Below, piece after piece: positions 1 to 8,846 of a stretch of DNA of 64,000 nucleotides. The notes under the pieces were generated by a model. That model did no database searches and was not told the origin of the DNA. It worked only from the letters and a program-made list of their open reading frames with translations. How positions within the stretch are numbered: the stretch's first letter is position 1; the number at the start of each line of letters is the position of its first letter. This stretch comes from an uncultured Myxococcaceae bacterium (GTDB taxonomy: Bacteria > Myxococcota > UBA727 > JABDBI01), in contig CAZWPE010000002.1 of NCBI GenBank assembly GCA_964635635.1, positions 22,312-86,311 of the forward strand, given 5' to 3'. Position numbers and translations under genes: made by a program.

Positions 1-455
1 GTAAAAAACTTATCGATTGCAAATATGATTTAATCAAAAAAGGTTTTGCGATTAACGATTACAACGCTGAGGGTAGTTTCGAGGAAGAAGGTCAAAAAGA
101 CTACAAATGGGAATGTCATGGCGTGAGATTTAATATGCCAGCCCCAAGTCAAGAAATGATCAACAAGGCGATGAAAGCACAAGCCAAAGGCCCAGATAAA
201 ATGGGGATGGATTTCAGTGCCAATATGCTTGCGCCATTTTTTGGATTAGTTTCTACAACGCTGGGTGATTCGATTCGAGAATTGGTTTTAATTGTTCGTT
301 GGAATGAACAGGGGGTTGATGAAGAGCTTAAGGTTGTCACACACATCGTGAATGAAAAGCCATTAACGGAGATGGCAACAATGTTATCTGTTGCGCCAAA
401 CATGATTGGAGCTCAATGTCCTGAGGCTGCTAAAGATAAAGGGGAAACACAATAA
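1..455 (+). CDS. 5'-partial ORF open from the window edge; C-terminal part of an unknown protein upstream of the gsp pseudopilin genes (possibly GspH/I-like)
   Basis: Frame 3 is open from nt 3 to the stop at 453-455. The listed 123 start is only the first in-frame start codon. No recognisable motif. Lies directly upstream of gspJ. Confidence 0.3.
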   Translation, partial: KKLIDCKYDLIKKGFAINDYNAEGSFEEEGQKDYKWECHGVRFNMPAPSQEMINKAMKAQAKGPDKMGMDFSANMLAPFFGLVSTTLGDSIRELVLIVRWNEQGVDEELKVVTHIVNEKPLTEMATMLSVAPNMIGAQCPEAAKDKGETQ

Positions 456-1099
456 TGCCCAAAAACCTCAAGGGCTTTTCTCTGCTCGAAATTTTGATCG
501 CAGCTGCGCTTTTGGGCCTGATGGGCGTTATTTTATTTTCAAGTCTAGAGTCTTCTCTTGATGTAAGTGATAGAGCTCAGAGAATATCCAATCGCAACAA
601 CTTGATGCGCCAAGCACTTGCTAGAATGGCTGGCGAATTGACGATGGCCTATGTAAGTAACAACCGAAATCCCGTCAGTCTCGTAGTGGATACACAGTTT
701 AAAGGCGAGAAAGACAGGATTTCATATGTGGCATTTGGAGGATTACAGCACCGTCTTGATGCTAAAGAAAGCGGCGAACGTGAAATTAGCTATTTTGTGA
801 AAGATGGAAATCTCATGCGCCAAGAAAAAGCCAACCCCGGCAAAGAACTCTTTACTACAGGGAAAGAGCGATTGGTTTGTCCGGACGTTCATAAGCTAGA
901 ATTAAAATACTGGAATGCTGCAACGAGTGCTTGGGATAGTGAGTGGAAGACCCAGGGAAGAACTATTGCTGATGTTAAGCTGCCTCAACGTGTTCAGATT
1001 GAATTAACCTTTAAAGAGAAAGATGATGAGTTGGTGAAGGTAACTACAGAAAGTGAAATTTGGTTAACTGAACCCATCTTTTTGGTGAAATCACAATGA
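455..1099 (+). CDS. gspJ: Type II secretion minor pseudopilin, GspJ-like
   Basis: N-terminus KGFSLLEILIAAALLGL is a prepilin cleavage/methylation motif followed by a hydrophobic helix. 214 aa. Sits before a GspK-like gene. ATGA-type overlap with the upstream ORF. Confidence 0.55.
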   Translation: MPKNLKGFSLLEILIAAALLGLMGVILFSSLESSLDVSDRAQRISNRNNLMRQALARMAGELTMAYVSNNRNPVSLVVDTQFKGEKDRISYVAFGGLQHRLDAKESGEREISYFVKDGNLMRQEKANPGKELFTTGKERLVCPDVHKLELKYWNAATSAWDSEWKTQGRTIADVKLPQRVQIELTFKEKDDELVKVTTESEIWLTEPIFLVKSQ

Positions 1100-1794
1100 G
1101 ACTTCGGGGAATGGCACTGTTGATGGTAGTCGCTTCGTTGGCAGTTATTTCTGCTGTTGTGACAGACTTACTTGTAGACCAAACTTCAAGCTACCAGGTT
1201 GCTTTGAGACAGAGAGATGCTTTGAAGGCCGAAGCACTTGCCCAAAGTGGACTTAATCTAGGCCAATTGTTTTTAGTTATTCAAAGTGAGATTCAATTTT
1301 ATTTTACATGTTTTGCAGAGATTGGAGTTCCTTTGCCAAAACCGACGGTTTGGGAGATGTTACCCATTGATAGTAATCTTTTTTCTGGGTTGATTTCGGG
1401 AGATCTGGCTACGACATTTGGTATCGATGTGAGTGAAGCGGTCAAAAAACGTAAAGAGGAAGAAAAAGCGAAACTTGAAAAAATCATGCAGGAAAAAGAA
1501 GCCAAAACTCATGGGACAGATGGGATTTTTATACCCCCAGAAGGAGGCTTCGGTGCGTTTGAAGGAACATTCGGATTAAAAATTACTGATGAAGAAAGTA
1601 AGATTTCTTTGAAGAAGTGGCCCTACGGACAGGGACCTGAAAAGTTTCGAACCAAAAAACTCCTTATGTCATTGATGGCTCCAACCAAATATAATTATCT
1701 ATTCAAAAAAGTGCCGCGCTTAGAACTCTTAGCCAATATTTTTGACTATGTGGATACAGACCAAGTTCGTATCGACCAAAATGCGATTGGCTAG
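1096..1794 (+). CDS. gspK: Type II secretion minor pseudopilin GspK-like, N-terminal portion ending at an in-frame TAG
   Basis: N-terminus MRLRGMALLMVVASLAVISAVV resembles the GspK leader. Overlaps the gspJ stop. Same reading frame continues after the TAG at 1792-1794. Confidence 0.5.
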   Translation: MRLRGMALLMVVASLAVISAVVTDLLVDQTSSYQVALRQRDALKAEALAQSGLNLGQLFLVIQSEIQFYFTCFAEIGVPLPKPTVWEMLPIDSNLFSGLISGDLATTFGIDVSEAVKKRKEEEKAKLEKIMQEKEAKTHGTDGIFIPPEGGFGAFEGTFGLKITDEESKISLKKWPYGQGPEKFRTKKLLMSLMAPTKYNYLFKKVPRLELLANIFDYVDTDQVRIDQNAIG

Positions 1795-1830
1795 GCTTGG
1801 GGAACGCCCTTTGGGGGTTCTGAGCAAGAG

Positions 1831-2334
1831 TTGTATCTTATGGATAAGGGTGTTTTGCCTAAAAATGCTTATTTGGACAGTTTGGACGAATTGAATCTAG
1901 TGCATGGATTCACAGATAGACACTTGCAAACTTTTGGGCCTGCGATGACGATTTATGGCGATGGCAGTAAAATTAACATTTTATCAGCGAAGGAACCTGT
2001 GATTGGAGCGTTGGTTAGATTTTGTGCTCAAAATGATCAGGACCCATTACTGGCAAATCAAAGTTGGATAGAGGGTGTGGTTAAAAAATGGTTTGAATAC
2101 AAGGGTTCAGGAGCAGGGCCGATGAGTTCGGTGAGTGCTAGCGGATTTGTGAAATTTTTGACTGGAACTGGGTTATCAGTTAATAAGAAAGATTGTCAGG
2201 ATGCGTTGGGAGTAGGATCCAAGTATTTTACGTTAAAGAGTGAAGCAACAGTGGGTAGCGTGGCAAGAAGTATGAGTTTGGTGGTTCGTGTCGATAAAAG
2301 CGGGCTACAGCGGTTCTATTTTAGAGGTCAGTGA
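1831..2334 (+). CDS. gspK: GspK-like C-terminal portion (same frame as 1096..1794; first ATG after the amber stop)
   Basis: Frame is identical (1096 and 1831 are both 1 mod 3). No other stops lie between 1795 and 1830. Downstream gene overlaps its stop. Confidence 0.4.
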   Translation: MYLMDKGVLPKNAYLDSLDELNLVHGFTDRHLQTFGPAMTIYGDGSKINILSAKEPVIGALVRFCAQNDQDPLLANQSWIEGVVKKWFEYKGSGAGPMSSVSASGFVKFLTGTGLSVNKKDCQDALGVGSKYFTLKSEATVGSVARSMSLVVRVDKSGLQRFYFRGQ

Positions 2335-3671
2335 GTATGGCAAAAAAGACAATTGGGCTCGATATTGGGAATCGATACATCAAAGTAGTGCACCTTGAAG
2401 GCTCTGAAGTTCTAAGAACTCATGAGGTTCCCTATTCAGAAGAAGCACTCGCGTCTTTAAAAGAAGCCGGCCTGCTGGGTGGAGATGTACAGGTTACAGG
2501 TCTTGCTGGCGCAGATGCCCAAGTCCGTTCACTGGATGTTCCATTTTCAAATACCAAAAAAATAGCGGCTATTTTGGGTGGCTTGCTCGATGCACAATTG
2601 CCGCTGGAGATAGAGGATCTTGAAGTATCTTGGTTTCTGCAAACAGAAAAAACAGACCCTCAACAAAAAATTTCTGCAGCCTTCGCCAAGAAATCTGCGA
2701 TAGGGGGTCTTCTTGAGCGCTTGACCTCAGTAGGCATCAACCCTCAGATTATTACCTTAAGGGCAGCAGCGCTTTATGAACTCATGAAACGTGAGCTCAC
2801 AGAACCGGCAACAGCGATGATTGTGGATATCGGAGACGAAAGCACCAGCTGGTGTTTGGGAACAGATAAGCACCTATTGCTTGCGCGTTCGGTATTGAAG
2901 TCCGATGCAGCGTCCGTTTTGAGGGAGTTGCGTCAAACGCTAATTGCTTTTGAGAAGCCTGTAGATAAAATATTTTTAGTTGGTTCTGGCGCATTAACTC
3001 CAGAAATTGAACCAGAGCTATCACGAGTGATGGGGGTTCCCGTCACAGCTCTTCAACCACTCGGATTGTCCCCGACCTTTGCAATAGCGGCTAGCTACGC
3101 TTTGATCGGTCAAACTCGAACAGAAAAACTCAACCGCTTCAATCTACGCATTGGTGAATTTGCGTTCAAATCTGAGATGAAATTTGCCACAGAAAGAACG
3201 AAAACTTTCGGGATTTGGGCTGCAGTCGTTTTAGTTCTATTGACCGTCAACTATGGTGCGAGGCGTTATTTTTTAGGGTCACGCATTGATGACTTGAGGG
3301 CCTCAGAAGCTAAAGTATGTGCCCAGGTGATGGGCGACACAAAATCTAAGAGCTGTTTGTCGGCGATGAAAAAAGCTATTGCTCAGGGCAAGCAAGATGC
3401 AATCCCCGATATGAGTGCTACGGATATCTATTTAGAAATCGCTAAAGACTTGCCAACTGATATGAAGTTAAAAGTGACTAGCCTTGATATCGGCAATGAT
3501 GGAGTTCGTATGTCGGGTGATGTGACAGATTTTGAATCTGTTGATTCAGTAGTATCAGCCCTTTCAAAAGGACGCTGCTTTAAGAAGGTTGAGAAAGGAC
3601 CAGCCAGACAGTCTCAGTCAGGGGTGAGTTTCCAGGTGTCGATGGATATTGATTGCGGGAGTGCATCATGA
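2331..3671 (+). CDS. gspL: GspL/PilM-like secretion assembly protein with an actin-like ATPase fold
   Basis: N-terminus KKTIGLDIGNRYIKVVHLEG resembles PilM/GspL. A TM segment lies near residue 300. Follows gspK and overlaps its stop. Confidence 0.45.
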   Translation: MSMAKKTIGLDIGNRYIKVVHLEGSEVLRTHEVPYSEEALASLKEAGLLGGDVQVTGLAGADAQVRSLDVPFSNTKKIAAILGGLLDAQLPLEIEDLEVSWFLQTEKTDPQQKISAAFAKKSAIGGLLERLTSVGINPQIITLRAAALYELMKRELTEPATAMIVDIGDESTSWCLGTDKHLLLARSVLKSDAASVLRELRQTLIAFEKPVDKIFLVGSGALTPEIEPELSRVMGVPVTALQPLGLSPTFAIAASYALIGQTRTEKLNRFNLRIGEFAFKSEMKFATERTKTFGIWAAVVLVLLTVNYGARRYFLGSRIDDLRASEAKVCAQVMGDTKSKSCLSAMKKAIAQGKQDAIPDMSATDIYLEIAKDLPTDMKLKVTSLDIGNDGVRMSGDVTDFESVDSVVSALSKGRCFKKVEKGPARQSQSGVSFQVSMDIDCGSAS

Positions 3672-4216
3672 GTCGTCTAGAAGTTTGGGTAGATAAGTTT
3701 CAAGCGCTTAACGACCAAGATAAGAAGAAAACCCTCATGGGCCTGGGTGGCGGCCTTGGTTTTTTGGTCATTTTGATTTTAGGGCTATGCATTAGCTCAC
3801 TTAACTCCCGTCACAAAGAAATCCAAAAACTGGAACGAGATCTCAAAGAGATTGATCGAATCGGTGTGCAATACCAACAAGTCAAAGCTGAACAGGTTGC
3901 TCGGGAACGAGAGATTGAGATGAATAAAACGGCTTTATTCTCAGTAATCCAAAATGTGGCAACTCGTCTTGAACTTGAAGTGAATGACTTGAATGAACGT
4001 AAAGAACCCATGATGAATTCAGACATGGTCCAAGTCAGTGTTGTGGTTAATTTAAAGCAACTCTCAACCGATCGTCTGAGTGCGTTCTTAGAAAACATTG
4101 AAAATAGTTCAGATAAAGGCTTGGTGAAAGTGACAAAACTTCAAGTCAAAACTCGTTTTGATCAGCCGGATTTGTTAGATGCTCAAATGACGATTTCAAC
4201 TTGGAAGGCTAGCTGA
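3653..4216 (+). CDS. gspM: GspM-like bitopic membrane protein
   Basis: 187 aa with a single N-proximal TM helix (GLGGGLGFLVILILGL). Position after the gspL-like gene. Confidence 0.35.
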   Translation: MRECIMSRLEVWVDKFQALNDQDKKKTLMGLGGGLGFLVILILGLCISSLNSRHKEIQKLERDLKEIDRIGVQYQQVKAEQVAREREIEMNKTALFSVIQNVATRLELEVNDLNERKEPMMNSDMVQVSVVVNLKQLSTDRLSAFLENIENSSDKGLVKVTKLQVKTRFDQPDLLDAQMTISTWKAS

Positions 4217-4217
4217 C

Positions 4218-5114
4218 GTGAAAAAGCTTCTATATATTGCGTTCTTTTTCTTTGCATTTGTTGTCTCGTTCTATTTGACGTTTCCCGCAGATGCCTTAAG
4301 GCCAATGCTTGAAACACAAATGGCCTCTGGAATGGGTCCTGGTTCCAGTGTTCATATCGGGCATTTGTCTTTGTGGCGTTTGTCCGGTGTGTCCATGAGC
4401 GAAATGGAATTCCATATGCAGAATCAGTCATTCAAGCTTGCCGAGCTGAAGCTACGTTTTGGAATCTGGAGTACACTTAAAGGTTACCCAAAAATTATTT
4501 TTGACACCCATGTCTATGATGGCCGTGCCAGTGGTTTTGTAACCATGAATCCAAAGGGTGGACTCTCGGCGCTGAATCTGGATATTTCAAAAATCAATTT
4601 GGCAAAGATTGCTGAACCTGGTGCTGAAGGTGGTCTTAAAATGACTGGCTTGATGAATGTTAATGTGGACTTAAATCTTGGGGCAAATCCAGCCAAAGAT
4701 GGCTCTGGTAATCTGAACCTTGATTTTAAGAACCTTTCGATGGGTCCAGGGCCGATGCCTATTCCTGGAAGCTTCGGGGGTACGATGACGATTCCAGAGA
4801 TTAAATTAGGAGCATTCTCAGGAAAAGGCTCATTTGCGAAAGGCAAAGCTAATATCAAAGATCTCAAACTTGCAGGCGGCGATGTTGAGGCTCATATCAA
4901 TGCTGATATCGAGCTGTCTGATAACGTCTTGTTTAGTCCGCTTAAGGGTAATGGTTGGTTCAGGCTAAAATCCGAGTTCCAAAAAGCCAACCCCAAAATC
5001 GCCATGCTGCTTGAGCTCAGCCCTGATATTAAGGCTGCAGAGGAGTCAGACGGCCGTATTCACTTTAGCCTAATTGGAAGCTTGATGGCACCAACTCCTA
5101 AGTGGGGTAGATAA
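4218..5114 (+). CDS. GspN-like secretion protein
   Basis: N-terminal TM helix (LLYIAFFFFAFVVSFYL), then a Gly-rich periplasmic domain. Last gene of the gsp-like block. Confidence 0.3.
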   Translation: MKKLLYIAFFFFAFVVSFYLTFPADALRPMLETQMASGMGPGSSVHIGHLSLWRLSGVSMSEMEFHMQNQSFKLAELKLRFGIWSTLKGYPKIIFDTHVYDGRASGFVTMNPKGGLSALNLDISKINLAKIAEPGAEGGLKMTGLMNVNVDLNLGANPAKDGSGNLNLDFKNLSMGPGPMPIPGSFGGTMTIPEIKLGAFSGKGSFAKGKANIKDLKLAGGDVEAHINADIELSDNVLFSPLKGNGWFRLKSEFQKANPKIAMLLELSPDIKAAEESDGRIHFSLIGSLMAPTPKWGR

Positions 5115-6873
5115 AGCTTAGAGTTAGCATTGAGAGCATATAGGCGCTGATGCGCCAAGAAACTCCAAATGTGCTTAAATCATCGCCAGGTGTGGCTTCA
5201 TCATCTCGTTGTCCCCAGAATGTTCTGGAGTATGAGCGCATCAAGGCGATGCCATTAATCACAAAGATAATATTAAAGGCGATCAAAAAAAGCATGCCCT
5301 GACTTAGAGCAGCTTGGATTAGCATATCTTCACCGAGAAAAGTGAGCGATATCGGAAATCCAAGTATGCCTAGTACTCCAATTAAGGTGATTGAACTGGC
5401 AAATGGGAATCTGGCAAAGCTTATGGAGACTTGTCTTTTAATCACCTGAAGGCTTTCAAAGGCGAATAGCCATGAGACCAAGAGCCCTGATATGTAAAAA
5501 TATTGATTACTAGGCCACAGGGCAAATGCGACACAAAGATTCGAAAGCAACGACCAATTGATGTTTTGTTGAAGACGAGAGTTCGGCGAAAGTGTTCTCA
5601 GACACCAAATAAAACTCGGAATCAGGAGCCAAGATGGATTAATATATGCCAATGGGAAGAATACCAATGGCAACCACCAACGTAGCGCATATGCTTTCTG
5701 ACTGAGGTATCGAACAGGTGAGGTGACTGCGAGAATCAAAGTTTCTAAGTAGCCCTCATTAAGTCCAAAGATGTATAGTGCGGTGCTTCGTGGGTTCCAA
5801 GTTTTAATGCTTTTGCCTTCGAGAGCATGATGAATATGAAGCTGGTCAGCCTGAACAGATGGAGAATATAAAAGCTGAAAGCAGCGCAGAATGGCATTAA
5901 AAACCATATGGGCCATCGCAAGTTTCGGGAATCCTAAGGCAAGCTCAATGAGCATGACACCTACTTGTGCAATCGATGCATACCCAATCTGTCCCTTAAT
6001 ATTGGATTGTACGCGTCCTGATAGAGAACAAACCACGAAGGTTGACAGTCCAATGCCACCTACAATCCATGGGAATCCAAGCGTGCTATGCCAAATTGGA
6101 TAGACGCGGAGCAGCAAAAAAACACCTGCATGGACCGAGAGAGCACCATAAAAAATTGCGCTCGAGGGTGTTGGGCCTTCCATGGCCTTGGGAAGCCAGT
6201 AGCAAAATGGAAACTGGGCTGATTTCCCAATGACAGGAAGCATAATCACAAGGCTAATGGCCCATTGCTCGATCAGTGGAACTGACGACCATTGATGTGT
6301 AAACATTTCATGATCATGCCAAATGAGTTCTGAGATAAGTGCACTCGCTAGGAGCCCAACATCGCAAAATCGATACACGTAAAAAGCTCTGTTTGCGCTT
6401 TCAATAGCTGAAGGTCGATGCCAGTAGAATGCAATCAGTAAAAATGATGATAGACCCACAAATTCCCAACCTGCAAAAAGAAGAACAAAATTGCCCGCTG
6501 TGGCAATGATTGTCATTCCTGCTGCAAAAATTGATAAAATCATAAAAAATCGACGATACCCGGGATCTCGGTGCAAATATCTTCGCGAAAAATAGATGAT
6601 AATATTCGCTGTGAAGGCAATCAGCATGAGTAAAATGATGCCAGTCCAATCAACGAGTAAACTCCCGAATCGAATTTGATTACCATTATGTTGAGCAAAT
6701 TGTAGCGCTAGAATAAGCGTCGCTATTAAATAAATTCCAAATCCAATTTGAGCAATACTGGCAATCAATTGTTCGTCAGGTTTCTTACGAGAGATAGATT
6801 TAAGTGCGAGTATGATTGCTACAGCAACGGGTGCTGTGAAACTCAAGTAGAGAAGTTGTTCTATGATAACCAC
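5098..6873 (-). CDS. dabB: DabB: NuoL/MnhA-family proton-conducting membrane subunit of a DAB inorganic-carbon pump
   Basis: 591-aa polytopic membrane protein of complex I subunit L / Mrp antiporter type. Overlaps the upstream DUF2309 gene by 13 nt. Confidence 0.6.
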   Translation of the reverse strand: MVIIEQLLYLSFTAPVAVAIILALKSISRKKPDEQLIASIAQIGFGIYLIATLILALQFAQHNGNQIRFGSLLVDWTGIILLMLIAFTANIIIYFSRRYLHRDPGYRRFFMILSIFAAGMTIIATAGNFVLLFAGWEFVGLSSFLLIAFYWHRPSAIESANRAFYVYRFCDVGLLASALISELIWHDHEMFTHQWSSVPLIEQWAISLVIMLPVIGKSAQFPFCYWLPKAMEGPTPSSAIFYGALSVHAGVFLLLRVYPIWHSTLGFPWIVGGIGLSTFVVCSLSGRVQSNIKGQIGYASIAQVGVMLIELALGFPKLAMAHMVFNAILRCFQLLYSPSVQADQLHIHHALEGKSIKTWNPRSTALYIFGLNEGYLETLILAVTSPVRYLSQKAYALRWWLPLVFFPLAYINPSWLLIPSFIWCLRTLSPNSRLQQNINWSLLSNLCVAFALWPSNQYFYISGLLVSWLFAFESLQVIKRQVSISFARFPFASSITLIGVLGILGFPISLTFLGEDMLIQAALSQGMLFLIAFNIIFVINGIALMRSYSRTFWGQRDDEATPGDDLSTFGVSWRISAYMLSMLTLSFIYPT

Positions 6874-8846
6874 TGTACCTCCCAGTTAGTGGGATCAATG
6901 CTGGCCATCGCAATCCATTTGTTTTGAACCCATTGATGGATGGCCGGGTTTTTTTCAAGAACGCTTTGCACAACATCGTGTTTTTGAAATACGATGACAC
7001 ATAATCGAATCAAGTCATGCATTTCTGTCATCTGGACGGGCAATCCAGTTCTTAGGTCGTCATCTACTCCGTTATAGACGCCCAGAAGTGCTGCGATGTT
7101 GTGGGAAAGTTTTGTTCCAGAGCCATAGACCCATGGACAGAATTTGGAGAAATAATAATCTAGGTTAATCCCGGCACACACTGGGACTGCTGCACTCAGA
7201 ACTGAGTCTAGGATTTCGCCGTTTGGATCTAAACCTGGTTCGTAGGAGTTCAAGAAAGCCCTTCTTTCGAGTGAAAGTCCATTGGTTAGATACCTGGGGC
7301 CTACAATGCACAGCGCATTTTTTGCATGACCTAACTCGGGTCTGGGTTCAAACAAAGCTCTGGAGCGATGTCTTACCTCTTTGAGTGCATCGGCAGGAGC
7401 AATATTCATAGGAACAACCTCAAACATGCTGCATCTTTCCTGTGCGTTTTGGGCTCTTGCTAGATCCAAATTCTCCATCTGTGAGTTGCTTAATGGATTC
7501 GTTTCTAAAAAGATGAAATCATCCGTGCATGTATCGTGATAAGCGGGATAGAAACGAGTTCTTGGTGGAATCGTTAAACCCAATCTTTCAACGCGTTGTC
7601 TGACTTCAGGGATATTCGCCATTTGTGAAAACGCTCTCGCATTCGGAGCACCAGGATTTCCTGAGCAAGCACCGCATCCATAAGCAGCAAAGTAAGGATT
7701 ATTGACACTGCTTGAACCATGGGCAGTAATAATTACGGTGCTTGCGAAGTAGCGCATGCCCATTTGATTTAAAACGCTGAACACCCGATGTGCCATGTCA
7801 TCGAGTGAGTAGTGACTTAAGTCAAGTTCTGTGGGGACCTCAATAAATTCTTTACGAGTAAGGACAAAACCAAGCCAATGTCTGAGGCGCTCAGAGATAG
7901 TGGCCATTCTAAGTTGCTTTCTCTTTTGTGAATCATAATCTGTTAAATGTTCTGGATGAGGGCGCTCATGGACATGACGGTGAACACTTAATGGGGCGGG
8001 TGCAAGTTTTCGAGGAGATGAATCATTGAGAGACTGAAACATCATATCAATGCCAAAGTAACCAGCAGTTGAGAGGGTTTCTAGGCCAGATTCTAAAGCT
8101 TCCCAGTGCCTTCTGAAAGAACACTCACGATCATCGATGCAAAATATTGCCTGAATCTCGGGTGTATTTTCTGAGTTAACGCTGTTTTTTCGAAGAACAA
8201 TTTGGTCAATAACACCGTCGTAATATGCCTTTTCATTCGTTTTTTGATTGATTGGTATTTCGGATGGAGGATGTGCCTGCTGGGGCAAGTCCTTAAAACC
8301 GTACTCAGATTCTAGGATGAGTTTGAATGCTAGAAATTCAATTAACTTGATGGGCCTTGGCTTTAATAAATAATGGGGATTTTTTTCGAGTTGATTGACC
8401 ATTCCGGACCAGCCAGGATGTGCCATGAGTGTGGTTTCAATATGTTTCTGATCGAGATTAAATTGATTTAAGATTTTTTCTATGACTGCAAGGGGATCTT
8501 GTTGAAGCCAACCTAAAACACGCTTTCGTTTCGCATAAGGTGCAATTGGCAGCCAAGACGCACGTTGGAGCTCATGTAAGGACTCCCAGTAGCTTACTTT
8601 AAGTGTAGGAAACGTCCATGTTCCAATCCCTTGATCTAGGTAATTAGCTGTAATGCGAAACAAGGTCTGATGGACTGGGGCTGTAATCGGTTCGCGGTAA
8701 AATTTAGAAGCTTCACGCAATGCATCTTCAAAATGTAGATGTTGAAATGCATAGAGAATATTAATGTGAATAAAATCCTTCATCGGCGCTTGCCCTGGCA
8801 GGCGCTGGCTGATGGATTCAAGAGCTTCTTTAAGCTTCGTCTTCAT
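6861..8846 (-). CDS. dabA: DabA (DUF2309/UPF0753) inorganic-carbon transporter subunit
   Basis: Soluble 661-aa protein with FCIDDRE (beta-carbonic-anhydrase-like CxDxR) and TAHGSSSVNNPYFAAYGC (His and Cys 15 residues apart, as in the DabA zinc site). N-terminus LPGQAPMKDFIHINILYAFQ is typical of the family. Coupled to a NuoL-like gene. Confidence 0.65.
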   Translation of the reverse strand: MKTKLKEALESISQRLPGQAPMKDFIHINILYAFQHLHFEDALREASKFYREPITAPVHQTLFRITANYLDQGIGTWTFPTLKVSYWESLHELQRASWLPIAPYAKRKRVLGWLQQDPLAVIEKILNQFNLDQKHIETTLMAHPGWSGMVNQLEKNPHYLLKPRPIKLIEFLAFKLILESEYGFKDLPQQAHPPSEIPINQKTNEKAYYDGVIDQIVLRKNSVNSENTPEIQAIFCIDDRECSFRRHWEALESGLETLSTAGYFGIDMMFQSLNDSSPRKLAPAPLSVHRHVHERPHPEHLTDYDSQKRKQLRMATISERLRHWLGFVLTRKEFIEVPTELDLSHYSLDDMAHRVFSVLNQMGMRYFASTVIITAHGSSSVNNPYFAAYGCGACSGNPGAPNARAFSQMANIPEVRQRVERLGLTIPPRTRFYPAYHDTCTDDFIFLETNPLSNSQMENLDLARAQNAQERCSMFEVVPMNIAPADALKEVRHRSRALFEPRPELGHAKNALCIVGPRYLTNGLSLERRAFLNSYEPGLDPNGEILDSVLSAAVPVCAGINLDYYFSKFCPWVYGSGTKLSHNIAALLGVYNGVDDDLRTGLPVQMTEMHDLIRLCVIVFQKHDVVQSVLEKNPAIHQWVQNKWIAMASIDPTNWEVQWLS

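Noticed and set aside
149-403. 84-aa minus-strand ORF, one of many short antisense ORFs in the track (others include 1299..1505, 3811..4098, 4514..4867, 21279..21665, 23908..24369, 24583..24981, 39237..39737, 49773..50150, 54104..54412)
   Set aside because: Each lies entirely inside a longer, motif-supported gene on the opposite strand or in another frame. Typical shadow ORFs with no start context or recognisable motifs.
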